Positions 28,568 through 38,485 of a stretch of DNA of 64,000 nt are shown piece by piece; the stretch's first letter is position 1; each line of letters starts with the position of its first letter. The translations under genes were made by a program, and so were the position numbers. Below the pieces are notes generated by a model. The model had not been told where the DNA came from and did not search any database. It was given only the letters and a program-made list of their open reading frames with translations. The stretch comes from a virus, in the UHGV virus genome UHGV-0064883, one strand, 5' to 3'.

Positions 28568-28939
28568 ATGGCCGAAAGCAAATACAAACAATTTGGAGAC
28601 GAGCTTACTTGGGGCGTACCCAAAGACGAAATGAGCTTGGTAACGCAGACTGTTACGTTTACGCAAAAATCCGACAAAAAGGAAGTGCGGGACCATGAAG
28701 GGGAAATCCGCACTGTTACTTATTACAACCAATCCGCGGATGTCACCATCGAAGGCTATGGCGACGCTTCCGCAAGCGTTGCTACCCGCATGACGATGCA
28801 AAACACGTTCCAGTCCGCCATGTCCGGGGCCTTGCTTATTGACCAGTGCCAGGTGTCCCTGTCAAATGAGGACCACATCAAGTCATCCATCACGGCAGTG
28901 CTCTATCCGAACATTGCCGCATCGGGTTCAGAATTGTAA
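28568..28939 (+). CDS. Hypothetical protein (123 aa), possible tail tube protein
   Basis: ORF followed by a GCGCCCTT...AAGGGCGC hairpin. Position upstream of the chaperone-like genes and the tape measure protein. Confidence 0.35.
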   Translation: MAESKYKQFGDELTWGVPKDEMSLVTQTVTFTQKSDKKEVRDHEGEIRTVTYYNQSADVTIEGYGDASASVATRMTMQNTFQSAMSGALLIDQCQVSLSNEDHIKSSITAVLYPNIAASGSEL

Positions 28940-29007
28940 GCGAATTTTCACGCTTTGAAAATTGACGCGCCCTTGCTGTTTTTTTACAGTAAGGGCGCAT
29001 TGCCGTT

Positions 29008-29514
29008 ATGACCGATACCCCGAACTCGTCCCCTCCCGCCGCGTTTGCTTTTGAGCAGGCGCAATTAGATGCCATGCGCCTTAATGGCCAGCACTTCGTC
29101 TACACAAAAGATACGGAAATCGCCGCCATGCTGGCGATATGCGGATATCGGCTGAAAAGCCCGAAAAACGATTATGTCATGGAGACCAAGGCGGGTAAAA
29201 AAGTGTATGCCTGGACATTTTATGATGACGTTATCGACATCAATCTTCCCCCCCCGTATAAAACGGCGTCGCTGAAAGCCGTTATGCAGCTTATTGCCAA
29301 GCACGGGGAAGCAGGGTTTGCTTCCGAATTTCCCGACTGCATGCTTTCCCCGCTGCTCCTGCTGCGGACCACCCGGAACAAGTTCCAGCAAAAGCTTGAT
29401 GCCTGTGACCACACTTACGTTGTCTTCCTTGCCGGGGCTACGGGCAGATACTGCTACCCCAAAAATTCCCCCAGGGCAAAGCTCTTCCGGGAAAAAGGCA
29501 TCCCGCAATTATAA
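29008..29514 (+). CDS. Hypothetical protein (168 aa), possible tail assembly chaperone; carries an in-frame C8 tract at 29248-29255 encoding PPP
   Basis: ORF. Position upstream of the tape measure protein. Confidence 0.45.
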   Translation: MTDTPNSSPPAAFAFEQAQLDAMRLNGQHFVYTKDTEIAAMLAICGYRLKSPKNDYVMETKAGKKVYAWTFYDDVIDINLPPPYKTASLKAVMQLIAKHGEAGFASEFPDCMLSPLLLLRTTRNKFQQKLDACDHTYVVFLAGATGRYCYPKNSPRAKLFREKGIPQL

Positions 29515-29533
29515 CTTTGATTCTTCCCGCGAA

Positions 29534-29550
29534 TTTGCAATCATTGCAAA
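29534..29550. promoter_or_regulatory. 17-bp palindrome TTTGCAATCATTGCAAA
   Basis: 20 nt after the stop at 29514. Confidence 0.8.
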
Positions 29551-29576
29551 TCGTCCATCCAACCGCACAATCTACT

Positions 29577-30152
29577 ATGGCCGCACAATCATCATCTGAT
29601 ATTGCTTCACTTGCCGCGCAGCTGGCGGCAGCCCCGCTTCCGGGAGACGGAGGAAAAGCCTCCGCCATTTCCGAACCTTCCCGCATGCTTCCGCAGGAAA
29701 AATATGACCATGACCTGTCGGAATTGTTTCTCACGGAGGGCACGACGGATATCGCCGGATATAAAGTCGCTTCTCCTACCCTGGCTTCATTTATGCTGCT
29801 GGAATTGCTCGGAAACAGTTTCGTCATGGTTGAAAATCTTGGCCAGATTCCGGCAAACCTGTTCACGTTCACTACCGTTCAGGCATTGGCCGTCCTGCGT
29901 TTCAAGGACACCTACAAACTGGTGAAAATGATTGCCGAAGACCGGGACGCTTTTGACCGTCTGGTGCTGCGCATGGCCGAAGAGCTTCCGGCATCAACCC
30001 CCGTACTGGACATAGCCGTTGCTATCGTTGAATTGATGAACAACGGAAAACGGTCGAGCGCCAAGGAATCCCCCAACCCGAAAAAGCGTCAGGCCCCGGC
30101 AAAAGGAAAAAAAGCGTCAAGCCGCCGTGGTGGTTTATCACAGCCAGCATAG
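29577..30152 (+). CDS. Hypothetical acidic protein (191 aa), possible tail assembly chaperone
   Basis: Start at the first ATG of ORF 29517..30152. Lies immediately upstream of the tape measure protein. Confidence 0.45.
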   Translation: MAAQSSSDIASLAAQLAAAPLPGDGGKASAISEPSRMLPQEKYDHDLSELFLTEGTTDIAGYKVASPTLASFMLLELLGNSFVMVENLGQIPANLFTFTTVQALAVLRFKDTYKLVKMIAEDRDAFDRLVLRMAEELPASTPVLDIAVAIVELMNNGKRSSAKESPNPKKRQAPAKGKKASSRRGGLSQPA

Positions 30153-30345
30153 CGGCGAAACAGAGCGGAACAACGTTCCACTATTGCCTTTACCGGATGC
30201 CCGCTATGGAGGCGTTTGCCCATGAGCATGTATGGATGCTGATGCAGGGCATTGAGTGTTATCTTCCATTTTACGAGTCTTCATAAATCCATACACACAC
30301 ATTCTGGGTTGATTTACATCAACCCTTTTTTATCCTTTATCGTAT

Positions 30346-33300
30346 ATGGCCCAGGCGAATCAACAGGCGGAGCGTATTATTTTTGACGCGGAAATTTCTT
30401 CCGCGCAGTCAAACCTGGCAAAACTGCGCACGGAATTAAATCTGATAGTGGCGGCGGCGGCAAAGACCAATGCCGCCCTTTCACGGATTAACCTGTCTGG
30501 GATGTTTGGCGGGGCCGGGGCGTCAGGAAAAGGGCTTTCCGGAATGGCGGGCGGCGTAAACGCGTCAAAGACATTTGCCGCAGCGCAGAATGCCGCCACC
30601 ATGTCAACAAACAGGCTGACCACAGCTATGCGGGCCGGGGTAGGCACGGCTGGAGCCTACAGCAGGGCATTGGCCGGGGCCGCCGCATCAGCCGGGCTAT
30701 TGTCCGGAAGCCGTATCGGCCAGACAATCAATACGGCGAGAGCGCCTATGCGCGGGGCCAAAGCGGAATCTGACGGGCTGCGTTCCAGCTTTTCCGGCGT
30801 AGGGCTTGCGGCTACAGGGGCCGCCGTGGCGGTGCTGGGCTTTGCTACCAAGCTCACGGGCATCATCCGGGAATCTTCGGAAGCCGCATCCAACATGCAG
30901 CAGCTGAATACTGTTTTTGGTGTATTGCTGCAAAGCCAGTCCAAAGGCTCTGCACTTCTCGAAGAGGTCACGCAGTTTGCCGCTGCCACGCCTATGAAGG
31001 TTCCGGAATTGGCCAATGCTACGCGAGTTTTGCTGGCCTACGGCGAAAGCTCCACGACTGTCATGAGCACTCTCCGGAGGCTGGGCGATATTGCGGCCGG
31101 TACGGGACAGCGCATTGATGAAATCGCCACCCTTATCGGTAAGGCGCGGCAGGCTGGCCGCCTGTACGGTGACGACCTGAACCGCCTGAATGACCGCGGC
31201 ATTCCTCTTACTGCTACATTGGCGAAAAATTTCGGCATCACCAGCATGGAAGTCCGAAAGCTGGTGGAGCAGGGGCGGGTAGGGTTTTCCGCGCTGGAAG
31301 ACGCTATTAACGAAGTAACCAACGAGGGCGGCCTTTTTTACGGCATGCTGGAAAAGCAGTCCAAAAACTATGGCGGCGTGATGTCCACGTTGGAAGATAA
31401 TATTACTCTGGCGAAAAAAGCATTTGGCGCACCTATCAATAACGCCCTGACGCCTATCCTGCAGGATGCCATTGAAATGCTCAAGGAAATGAAGCCCCAG
31501 TTTACCGAGCTGGGTGAGGCAATGGCCCCAGTAGTCGCCAGTTTGGTCACGGCGTTCAAAGACCTTGTCGTCTGGATTGGCGAAAACGGGAAGCAGGTTT
31601 TGGACCTTGTGCAGACCTACGGCCCCCTTGTGGCTAAGGCTCTGGCATTGGCGGCAGCAGTCAAAGCCGCCCAAATGGTGTTTGGCGCTCTTGGCGCCAT
31701 TATCCGGGGGATTACCGGAACCTTAAGCGGGTTTACGTCAATAATCACCACAGCCGCTTCGGCGGTGATAAACCTGGGTTCCACCCTTGACCGTCTTGCG
31801 GCTAAATATGCAACTGCCGGAGTGGCGGCCAGGACCGCAGGGGCACAAATAGCCGCCTCTTCCGCAATGATGGGGGCTGCTTCCGCAGGTGCTGCCGCCG
31901 CAGGGGCTGGCAGAGCTGGTGGAGTTGTCGGGGCCGGAATTGCCGCCGCAGGAGCCGCTGCACCAGCCATAGGGTCGGCGATACGCGGTCTTTCCACCGG
32001 CTCAAAAGTGTGGTCAGTGGTAAAGGGTGTAGGAGGCAAGCTGGGAGGAATACTTGGCCCTCTTACCGCACTGCATGTTTTAGGTAAAGTTTCTGATGGC
32101 CTGTTTTCCGGCGACGCTCCATTGTCCTGGGGAGCCAAGCTTAATTATGGGATAGCCGGCGCTCTTGGCCTGGCAAGCTTCATCCCCAAAATCGGATGGA
32201 TTACCGGCCCCCTGGGCGAGTGGTTTGCGTCAATGGGCGACGACATCAAGGAGGCGGACACGGCGAAATACATGCAGGGCCAGTATTCACAGGCGCTTAA
32301 ATCCGCCCCCGGCAAGGGCCTTAAAAACGTTTACCGGAAACAGCTGCTCAATTTGTTCCAGTCGGAAGAATCCGGGACGCGGGGCGACCGGACGGTTTCC
32401 TCCGTGCAGGAAGAACTGCGGCAGGAAATCTCAAGGCAGACTGCAATACTTGATAAACAACTCCGCGATAACACGGCTATTTCCGACGGGCAAAAAGCTT
32501 TGCTCAAGCGCCGCCTTGAATACCTCCGGAGCATTGACGACGCCACCATATCGCGGTGGACGGAACAGCTGCTTGACGAGACGAAGAACGCGGCTGGACG
32601 GGCCAAGTATGATGCGGTCATCGCCGCCGAGCAGGAAGCCGCCAGACGGGCGAATGAGGAACGGAGAGCCGCCGAACGTTATGGTCAGGTCAAGGACAAC
32701 CGCGTTAAATTACAGGAAGCGGAAATCAGGTACGCGTCCGGAATAGACCAGCAGATGTTCTGGTGGCGCAGGCGGCGGACGGCATTGCAGGAAGCGCAGC
32801 CTGACGTTCAAGCGCTGCTGACCGGCCCGGACACCGGAGCTTACATGACGGAAAAGCTTGGAGCCGATTTCCGCATCCGGGGGACCGAAGACATTAAAAA
32901 AGTGCTGGATGCGGCAGGGGAATCCGAAGACACGGTAATTTTTGCCAGCGAAAATGTGCTGAACCTCCAAAAAGCCTACGAGAAAATTCTCGACTACGAA
33001 AAAGAAGAGAAAAAACTCCGGGATTCCAAGCAGGAATACGACAGGCAGGAGGAAGAGCGGACGCGAAGCCTCAACGTGCTTAAACAGAAACTCTATCTTG
33101 ACCAGGCTTACGCCGCAGGGCTTATCAACGCGGAACAGCGAACACAGTATGAAGACCAGCTCAAGGCTATTGACGCGGCAAAATCTTTCATGGATGCCGG
33201 CATGGACCGGGAGGAAGCCATGCAGATGGGCGTGGCTTCGGTGGAAGCCGAACGGAGGGCGGCGGGGCAGGCCGCCATTGACAACGCGGCGGAAACCTAT

Positions 33301-33534
33301 AAATCCGCCGCTACGGGAACCCTTGCACGACAGGGCTGGGTGGATGTTATTTCACTGGGCTGGCGCAAGGATTCCGCCGGGGCGTATCTGGACCCGAACC
33401 GTTATGACGAACAGACCACCGGCCCCTATCAGGACGAGGACACGGATTTGTTGAAAAAAATCAACGATACGCTGGAAGCCATTCAGGCGAATACCAACCC
33501 CGACCTGAAAAAGTCCTCGGTTGTGTGGGGATAA
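30346..33534 (+). CDS. Tail tape measure protein (1062 aa)
   Basis: Length, an Ala/Gly-rich coiled-coil/TM-like central region, and the conserved TMP block GITSMEVRKLVEQGRVGFSALEDAINEVTNEGGLFYGMLEKQSKNYGGVMSTLED. Confidence 0.85.
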   Translation: MAQANQQAERIIFDAEISSAQSNLAKLRTELNLIVAAAAKTNAALSRINLSGMFGGAGASGKGLSGMAGGVNASKTFAAAQNAATMSTNRLTTAMRAGVGTAGAYSRALAGAAASAGLLSGSRIGQTINTARAPMRGAKAESDGLRSSFSGVGLAATGAAVAVLGFATKLTGIIRESSEAASNMQQLNTVFGVLLQSQSKGSALLEEVTQFAAATPMKVPELANATRVLLAYGESSTTVMSTLRRLGDIAAGTGQRIDEIATLIGKARQAGRLYGDDLNRLNDRGIPLTATLAKNFGITSMEVRKLVEQGRVGFSALEDAINEVTNEGGLFYGMLEKQSKNYGGVMSTLEDNITLAKKAFGAPINNALTPILQDAIEMLKEMKPQFTELGEAMAPVVASLVTAFKDLVVWIGENGKQVLDLVQTYGPLVAKALALAAAVKAAQMVFGALGAIIRGITGTLSGFTSIITTAASAVINLGSTLDRLAAKYATAGVAARTAGAQIAASSAMMGAASAGAAAAGAGRAGGVVGAGIAAAGAAAPAIGSAIRGLSTGSKVWSVVKGVGGKLGGILGPLTALHVLGKVSDGLFSGDAPLSWGAKLNYGIAGALGLASFIPKIGWITGPLGEWFASMGDDIKEADTAKYMQGQYSQALKSAPGKGLKNVYRKQLLNLFQSEESGTRGDRTVSSVQEELRQEISRQTAILDKQLRDNTAISDGQKALLKRRLEYLRSIDDATISRWTEQLLDETKNAAGRAKYDAVIAAEQEAARRANEERRAAERYGQVKDNRVKLQEAEIRYASGIDQQMFWWRRRRTALQEAQPDVQALLTGPDTGAYMTEKLGADFRIRGTEDIKKVLDAAGESEDTVIFASENVLNLQKAYEKILDYEKEEKKLRDSKQEYDRQEEERTRSLNVLKQKLYLDQAYAAGLINAEQRTQYEDQLKAIDAAKSFMDAGMDREEAMQMGVASVEAERRAAGQAAIDNAAETYKSAATGTLARQGWVDVISLGWRKDSAGAYLDPNRYDEQTTGPYQDEDTDLLKKINDTLEAIQANTNPDLKKSSVVWG

Positions 33535-33548
33535 TGTGATATTAGAAA

Positions 33549-33565
33549 TTTGCAATCATTGCAAA
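33549..33565. promoter_or_regulatory. 17-bp palindrome TTTGCAATCATTGCAAA
   Basis: 15 nt after the TMP stop. Confidence 0.8.
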
Positions 33566-33574
33566 TCAGGAATT

Positions 33575-34375
33575 ATGGCTATTTCACACAACGGACCGCG
33601 GGAACCCATTGAACAGCCCGGAACGATGACCGTCGAACGAGTGTCGGAAGACGGCGTAGTCCGGTTTGAAAAATCAGCAACCAGAGTGTTTGAGGTTCCG
33701 AAGGATATGGCGGCGGCCTTCATGCTGACCCCCCCGGCAACCCCCATGCCGGGAACAATCTTTTTGGAATCAAGGTGTGAAGAAGAAAATGCGGAGTGGT
33801 CCAAGGTGACATTCACCTACGGCGAAGACCCGGACGATTCATCCGGAAGCGGCGGAGACGATTCCGTGCGCCGAACGGTCAACGTCACTACCTCTTTAGT
33901 AGATATCCCTATCCAATGTTCGCCAAAGTACATTGACATTTCCGGGGATTCCCCAAAATCGAAAATTCCTGATGACGATTTAAAACTTCTAGCCTATGCC
34001 ATGTCCGGGCAGTTCAAAGACCCCCGGAACAACACCTATATTAAGGACAGCCTTACGTCGGACATGGCTCGTGAGATTTTCGACTACCTGACGCTCGGAA
34101 TCACCCACTTTGCCTATCCGCAGACCGTGATACGCATCTCTTACCCAAAGTCCAAAGTAGGTTCCGGCCAGCAATTCGGCGTTCCCACTAAAACACCCGG
34201 AAAAAAGGGAGATGCCATTCCAGTAAAACTTCCGGAAGACAGCAAAATTGATTTCACATTGATTTCCCGGTCTATCAACTACGACGGGAAATACCACACG
34301 ACAGACGAGGAATACCAGTCATCGTCCCCGTTGGGCTGGAAAAATGACCGGAAATTCTGGGGGGAAGGAGAATAA
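33575..34375 (+). CDS. Tail protein (266 aa; hypothetical, distal-tail position)
   Basis: ORF between the tape measure protein and the tail fibre. Confidence 0.5.
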   Translation: MAISHNGPREPIEQPGTMTVERVSEDGVVRFEKSATRVFEVPKDMAAAFMLTPPATPMPGTIFLESRCEEENAEWSKVTFTYGEDPDDSSGSGGDDSVRRTVNVTTSLVDIPIQCSPKYIDISGDSPKSKIPDDDLKLLAYAMSGQFKDPRNNTYIKDSLTSDMAREIFDYLTLGITHFAYPQTVIRISYPKSKVGSGQQFGVPTKTPGKKGDAIPVKLPEDSKIDFTLISRSINYDGKYHTTDEEYQSSSPLGWKNDRKFWGEGE

Positions 34376-34389
34376 ACCTGTAAAATATT

Positions 34390-36870
34390 ATGGCATTACG
34401 GCGAGTACGAAGAGGGGAACCCCTGCGTATTGGACAGATTAACCAGTACGCCGAACTTCTTGGGCAGATGGCCGGGGGCGGAAAACTTTTCCGGGCTAAC
34501 AGGACCGGCTACCAGATGGACCGGGACCTGAACCCCCTGTTCCCGTTTGAGTTGATGGCCCTGGATGCCCAGTCAAGCACCGGGGAAGCTACAAAAGGCG
34601 TGCCGCTGGCGAAATCCAAGGATTTAATTGCGTTTCTCCACCCCGGTTCCGTCACGTTTATCGGACTGGACGGCGCAGCCTCACAGGTGTTCCCGGTCAT
34701 CAAAGACCCGAAATACGCCCCTACGGATTCCCCCGGCGGAGGAAACGAGGATGGAGCCGCCGTCAATACCTGGCCCCGCCCCGGTATTCAAATTGAGCTT
34801 GATACGGTATATGGCATTCATCTGTTCGCTAAATTGGAGCGAGTGACGATGCAGATAGGCCGTGACCGGATAATTCAGGTGTCGGTCAAGAAATGGTGTC
34901 GTGACCGCACCCCGTTCATCGGCACGGAGGACGAAATGGACAGCTCCGCTTCGGACGATGAAGATATTATCCGGACGTTCATTCCATTGTTCCGGCCCAT
35001 TGAAGACAGCGCAATCGAAGGAAATGTTTATGTGGAAAACCTGCATGAAAGCGATTTAATTCTTCCGGACATTCCGCTTGAAGGCGGGTCATCATCTTCC
35101 TCAGCGTCCTCTTCATCCAGCAGCTCCAGTAGTTCGAGCGGCGGAGTATCATTCAGCAGTTCAAGCAGCTCATCATCATCAAAATCAGAGGGTTCGGAAT
35201 CCGCATCTTTTTCCTCGTCTTCGTCGTCGGCAGGCCCCTACATTGACCCTACATTGATTTCCGTGCCGGCGCGGGAACCCAATTCGGAATTCGGCGGCAT
35301 CTACCGCACCCTGAAAGGCTTTAATTTTCCGCCCAGCGATGACAAGCCGGGCATGGCCTACATCATCATTTTCAGCCCTGTCGAATCTTGCGATTGGGTA
35401 AACTTTTCCACAGCCGGATTGGTGGTAACCAAGACGGACAAACAATGGGAAGGCTATGTTGCCATTGACGACAACGGGAACTGGGATTGCAACGTCATCA
35501 TTGACGAATTCACCGACCCGGAACATACCGGTGTCCACCGCTACAAAGATTTCAAAGTCGGCTACCGGGCTAAAAAGCAGAACATAGCCGTAGATATTCT
35601 CATTGTTGACCAGGCGCCCCCGGAAGCGTCCTCTTCCTCGTCTTCGTCGTCTGTGAGTTCATCTTCGGAAGAAAAGTATTATTTCCGGTTTGTCCCTAAT
35701 AAAATTACGGTGGACAGCCAATTTCAGAAAGTACAGGGCTATATCCGCACCGACTCCCCCTACGGGTGGAAAATCCCGGAGGACTTTCCGGCGCAGTTCC
35801 CTTCCGGGAAATGGGTATCTATTTCCCCGCTGACCGGGAAAGACCACGATAATTTTGAGGTTACGTTCCAGAAAAACGAGGAAGGGACCACCCGCGACAA
35901 TCTGGTAACAGGGTACGCATTGACCTCGCACGGCACATTGATGCTGGAAGCAACCGACACCCTGAATGTCACCCAGACCCCGGAAGCCTCTTTATCCAGC
36001 AGTTCCAGTAGTTCGAGCAGTTCCTCTTCATCTTCCTCGTCTTCCTCATCTTCCTCTTCCGGCTCGTCAAGCTCGTCCCAGGCGGACTGGTTTGAAGTGT
36101 TCCCCACTTCTATGGCTTTTAGCGCGGACGGCAAGCCAAAAGATTCTAACAAGGTAAGGCTTCGCGGAACGGTCGGATGGCGGGCTGATACGCAAAAAGA
36201 CTGGTGTTCCATGTCCCCGTCATCAGGCCCAGCGCCAGGGGACGCGGGAACGGAAGCCGTGATAACCTGCCAGCCGAACAAGGAGGTAAACGGAAGAAGC
36301 ACACTGGTTGAAATTAGCGTCACCCTGAATGGGTCCCCGCAATATTACTACGTCAATGTTATCCAGGAAGGCAATCCTCCTGTTCCTTCGTCGGAAAGCG
36401 AATCTTCCTCATCCTCGGAAGCCTCTTCGGGGGCCAGTTCGGCTTCATCAAGCAAAACCGCCATTTTGCCGGTGCGCGGAAAGTTCCTCGGCATGATGTG
36501 CATGGAGTCCCCGGAAACCTGGTTTATCGACTTTGCCACTATCCACCTCCCGCTTGGGCTGATGTTGGTTGACCAGACGTTCATTGATGTTACCGAGCCG
36601 GGTTCCATAGCGGTTGTGTCCGCCATAGATGACCGGGGCCGCCCCGCAAGAGCATGGCTGCGGCTGGAAGGCGGGGAAAAGAAATATCTGACCCTGTATG
36701 CCCGTCCGCAGGGGTTGGGCCGGATATTCAGGCCGGACCGCATTACCGTCCAACTGATAGGGAGGCGCCTCGGACACCGGAGCAGGTTCCCGGAATTTTC
36801 AGAAGCGCAGTTCCGGGCGAACGAAGCGTTCTACGCCCAGGCGCACAGGGAGAAAACCCCGAAAGATTAA
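34390..36870 (+). CDS. Tail fibre / receptor-binding protein with BACON-like domains and four poly-serine linkers
   Basis: Ser tracts are encoded at about 35097-35235, 35626-35665, 35992-36085 and 36395-36455. KDWCSMSPSSGPAPGDAGTEAVITCQPNKEVNGRSTLVEISVTLNGSPQYYYVNVIQEG and GKWVSISPLTGKDHDNFEVTF resemble BACON (DWlsvsp.sG.g....vtv.a..N.....R.a.itv......vtvtQ.g). Confidence 0.6.
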   Translation: MALRRVRRGEPLRIGQINQYAELLGQMAGGGKLFRANRTGYQMDRDLNPLFPFELMALDAQSSTGEATKGVPLAKSKDLIAFLHPGSVTFIGLDGAASQVFPVIKDPKYAPTDSPGGGNEDGAAVNTWPRPGIQIELDTVYGIHLFAKLERVTMQIGRDRIIQVSVKKWCRDRTPFIGTEDEMDSSASDDEDIIRTFIPLFRPIEDSAIEGNVYVENLHESDLILPDIPLEGGSSSSSASSSSSSSSSSSGGVSFSSSSSSSSSKSEGSESASFSSSSSSAGPYIDPTLISVPAREPNSEFGGIYRTLKGFNFPPSDDKPGMAYIIIFSPVESCDWVNFSTAGLVVTKTDKQWEGYVAIDDNGNWDCNVIIDEFTDPEHTGVHRYKDFKVGYRAKKQNIAVDILIVDQAPPEASSSSSSSSVSSSSEEKYYFRFVPNKITVDSQFQKVQGYIRTDSPYGWKIPEDFPAQFPSGKWVSISPLTGKDHDNFEVTFQKNEEGTTRDNLVTGYALTSHGTLMLEATDTLNVTQTPEASLSSSSSSSSSSSSSSSSSSSSSSGSSSSSQADWFEVFPTSMAFSADGKPKDSNKVRLRGTVGWRADTQKDWCSMSPSSGPAPGDAGTEAVITCQPNKEVNGRSTLVEISVTLNGSPQYYYVNVIQEGNPPVPSSESESSSSSEASSGASSASSSKTAILPVRGKFLGMMCMESPETWFIDFATIHLPLGLMLVDQTFIDVTEPGSIAVVSAIDDRGRPARAWLRLEGGEKKYLTLYARPQGLGRIFRPDRITVQLIGRRLGHRSRFPEFSEAQFRANEAFYAQAHREKTPKD

Positions 36871-36898
36871 CCTTCCCTGCCTTCCGGGGGCCTCCGGC

Positions 36899-37267
36899 CT
36901 ATGCCCATATAACATTCCCCAGCCGGGAAATATCCACCGCCTTTTTCCCGGCGCGCATAGCCGCCCTCAGTTCCCCGTAGTTCCTGCGGATTTCGTGCGT
37001 TACTGGGTAATCCCGGAACACGTTGATATAATTCAGCCACCGTTCCTTTTGCGTGTACACCGCCGAATCTTTTATTATGTAGATTGTTGCGCTTTCATCA
37101 ATTTTCCTGTCCGGGAGGCACGTGCAGCAATACCACTGATACCACTCATGAATGAGGTACACTGTATTAAAGCCGCGCAGGGTCATGACAGCCGTATCAG
37201 CGATATATTTGGGGGCCAGATTAAAAAGCTGCTCTTTGGTCAGTTCAATTTTCTTTGGTGCTTTCAT
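36899..37267 (-). CDS. Hypothetical protein (122 aa), one of only two credible minus-strand genes
   Basis: ATG ORF. The minus strand carries a TTTTTATCTTGCAAT promoter-like box (plus coordinates 37306-37320), and it shares the palindrome at 37341. Confidence 0.5.
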   Translation of the reverse strand: MKAPKKIELTKEQLFNLAPKYIADTAVMTLRGFNTVYLIHEWYQWYCCTCLPDRKIDESATIYIIKDSAVYTQKERWLNYINVFRDYPVTHEIRRNYGELRAAMRAGKKAVDISRLGNVIWA

Positions 37268-37305
37268 TGTATCTTGATGCCTTCATCATAGCTATCTTTT
37301 TAAAA

Positions 37306-37320
37306 ATTGCAAGATAAAAA
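37306..37320 (-). promoter_or_regulatory. Minus-strand copy of the TTTTTATCTTGCAAT promoter-like box
   Basis: Plus strand reads ATTGCAAGATAAAAA. Confidence 0.5.
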
Positions 37321-37340
37321 TACACATTCCGCGAGAAAAA

Positions 37341-37357
37341 TTTGCAATCATTGCAAA
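37341..37357. promoter_or_regulatory. 17-bp palindrome TTTGCAATCATTGCAAA between divergent genes
   Basis: Read directly from the sequence. Confidence 0.8.
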
Positions 37358-37410
37358 TTTCAGAAATCAATGTTGCCCATGAAAATTCAGGCGGCTATAG
37401 TGTCAAAGAC

Positions 37411-38463
37411 ATGATAACCTTAAACCATCTCGGAATATCCCACGCGGTCATCATTGCCCTGCCGGAACGTGCCGAACATGTTTCCCGGCTGAAAAACTCC
37501 ATGATTGACGGAGGCATCGACCCGGAAAGCGGCGTTACCATACTCCCCGCCTGGAACGGTCGTGAGCTGCACCCCCCGAAAAGCTGGAAGGGGACCCGTG
37601 GCGCATGGGGCTGCGTACAGTCCCACATCCGGGCCTTGCGGCTCGCAGTCAAAAACAATTGGGAATCAGTGCTCATTTTGGAGGACGACGCCATATTTTG
37701 CCGCAATGCCGCCGTCAGACTGCAAACGTTGTTTGCCGCTCTGCCGAAAGACTGGCGGTTGCTCTACCTCGGAGGCTACCACCAGAACTGGCCGAAAGAA
37801 GTCCACGCGGATTACATTCTGGCTTCCGGCATGACGGCCACCCATGCCTACATCGTCAAACGGGAATCCGTGCCCTGGCTTATCAAGCACATCGCCTATT
37901 ATCCCGACTATGAACAACAGCAATGGGGTGTTGACCAGCAAATCCGGAACGCCGTCTATCGGGGCGACATCCTCCAATACGCCCCGCGCTGGAATATTGT
38001 GGGGCAACAGCGTCAGGAGTACAGCACCATTGCCCATTCTAGAGCCGGAAACCGGGAACGCTGGTGGGAACATTCGCAAAACGACCAGTTCCGCCTGCTT
38101 CCGCTTGTACTTCTCCAAGAGCCGTTAACCGTGGAAGACGTTGACGGGCTTGAGGAACTGGTGGACATCGCCCCGGAAAAAAGCGTTGAATCCCTCCTGG
38201 AAAAAACGGAAGACATGGCCGGCGCCATCATTGAAGCACTTTCCTACAGCGCACGGGGGGCGTTCAGCCACCGGCGCGTTCCCGCCCTGTATTACAGCGA
38301 CCGGAAAGCTGCGGACAGATGCGCCCGCCTGTGGTCTGCGGAATGCCTGTTTGCCGAAGCCGGTGATTCCGACCAAACCAGGGAACTACTCGTTACCACC
38401 CTGCGCCGCATTGTCGATTATGCGGAAAACCCGGATATGAACCCGGACATGGGCGAAAACTAA
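37411..38463 (+). CDS. Glycosyltransferase family 25 (LPS-type) paralogue 1
   Basis: HAVIIALPERAEHVSRL...GAWGCVQSHIRALRLAV...VLILEDDAIFCRNA...LLYLGGYHQN. Start at the ATG at 37411; the ORF track opens with TTG at 37342, inside the palindrome. Confidence 0.7.
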   Translation: MITLNHLGISHAVIIALPERAEHVSRLKNSMIDGGIDPESGVTILPAWNGRELHPPKSWKGTRGAWGCVQSHIRALRLAVKNNWESVLILEDDAIFCRNAAVRLQTLFAALPKDWRLLYLGGYHQNWPKEVHADYILASGMTATHAYIVKRESVPWLIKHIAYYPDYEQQQWGVDQQIRNAVYRGDILQYAPRWNIVGQQRQEYSTIAHSRAGNRERWWEHSQNDQFRLLPLVLLQEPLTVEDVDGLEELVDIAPEKSVESLLEKTEDMAGAIIEALSYSARGAFSHRRVPALYYSDRKAADRCARLWSAECLFAEAGDSDQTRELLVTTLRRIVDYAENPDMNPDMGEN

Positions 38464-38485
38464 TTCTTTTTCCACGCACATTACT

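Noticed and set aside
28967-29005. Hairpin GCGCCCTT...AAGGGCGC after gene 28568 considered as a terminator
   Set aside because: The T-run lies inside the loop rather than after the stem. It could still be a regulatory hairpin, so it was not called as a terminator.
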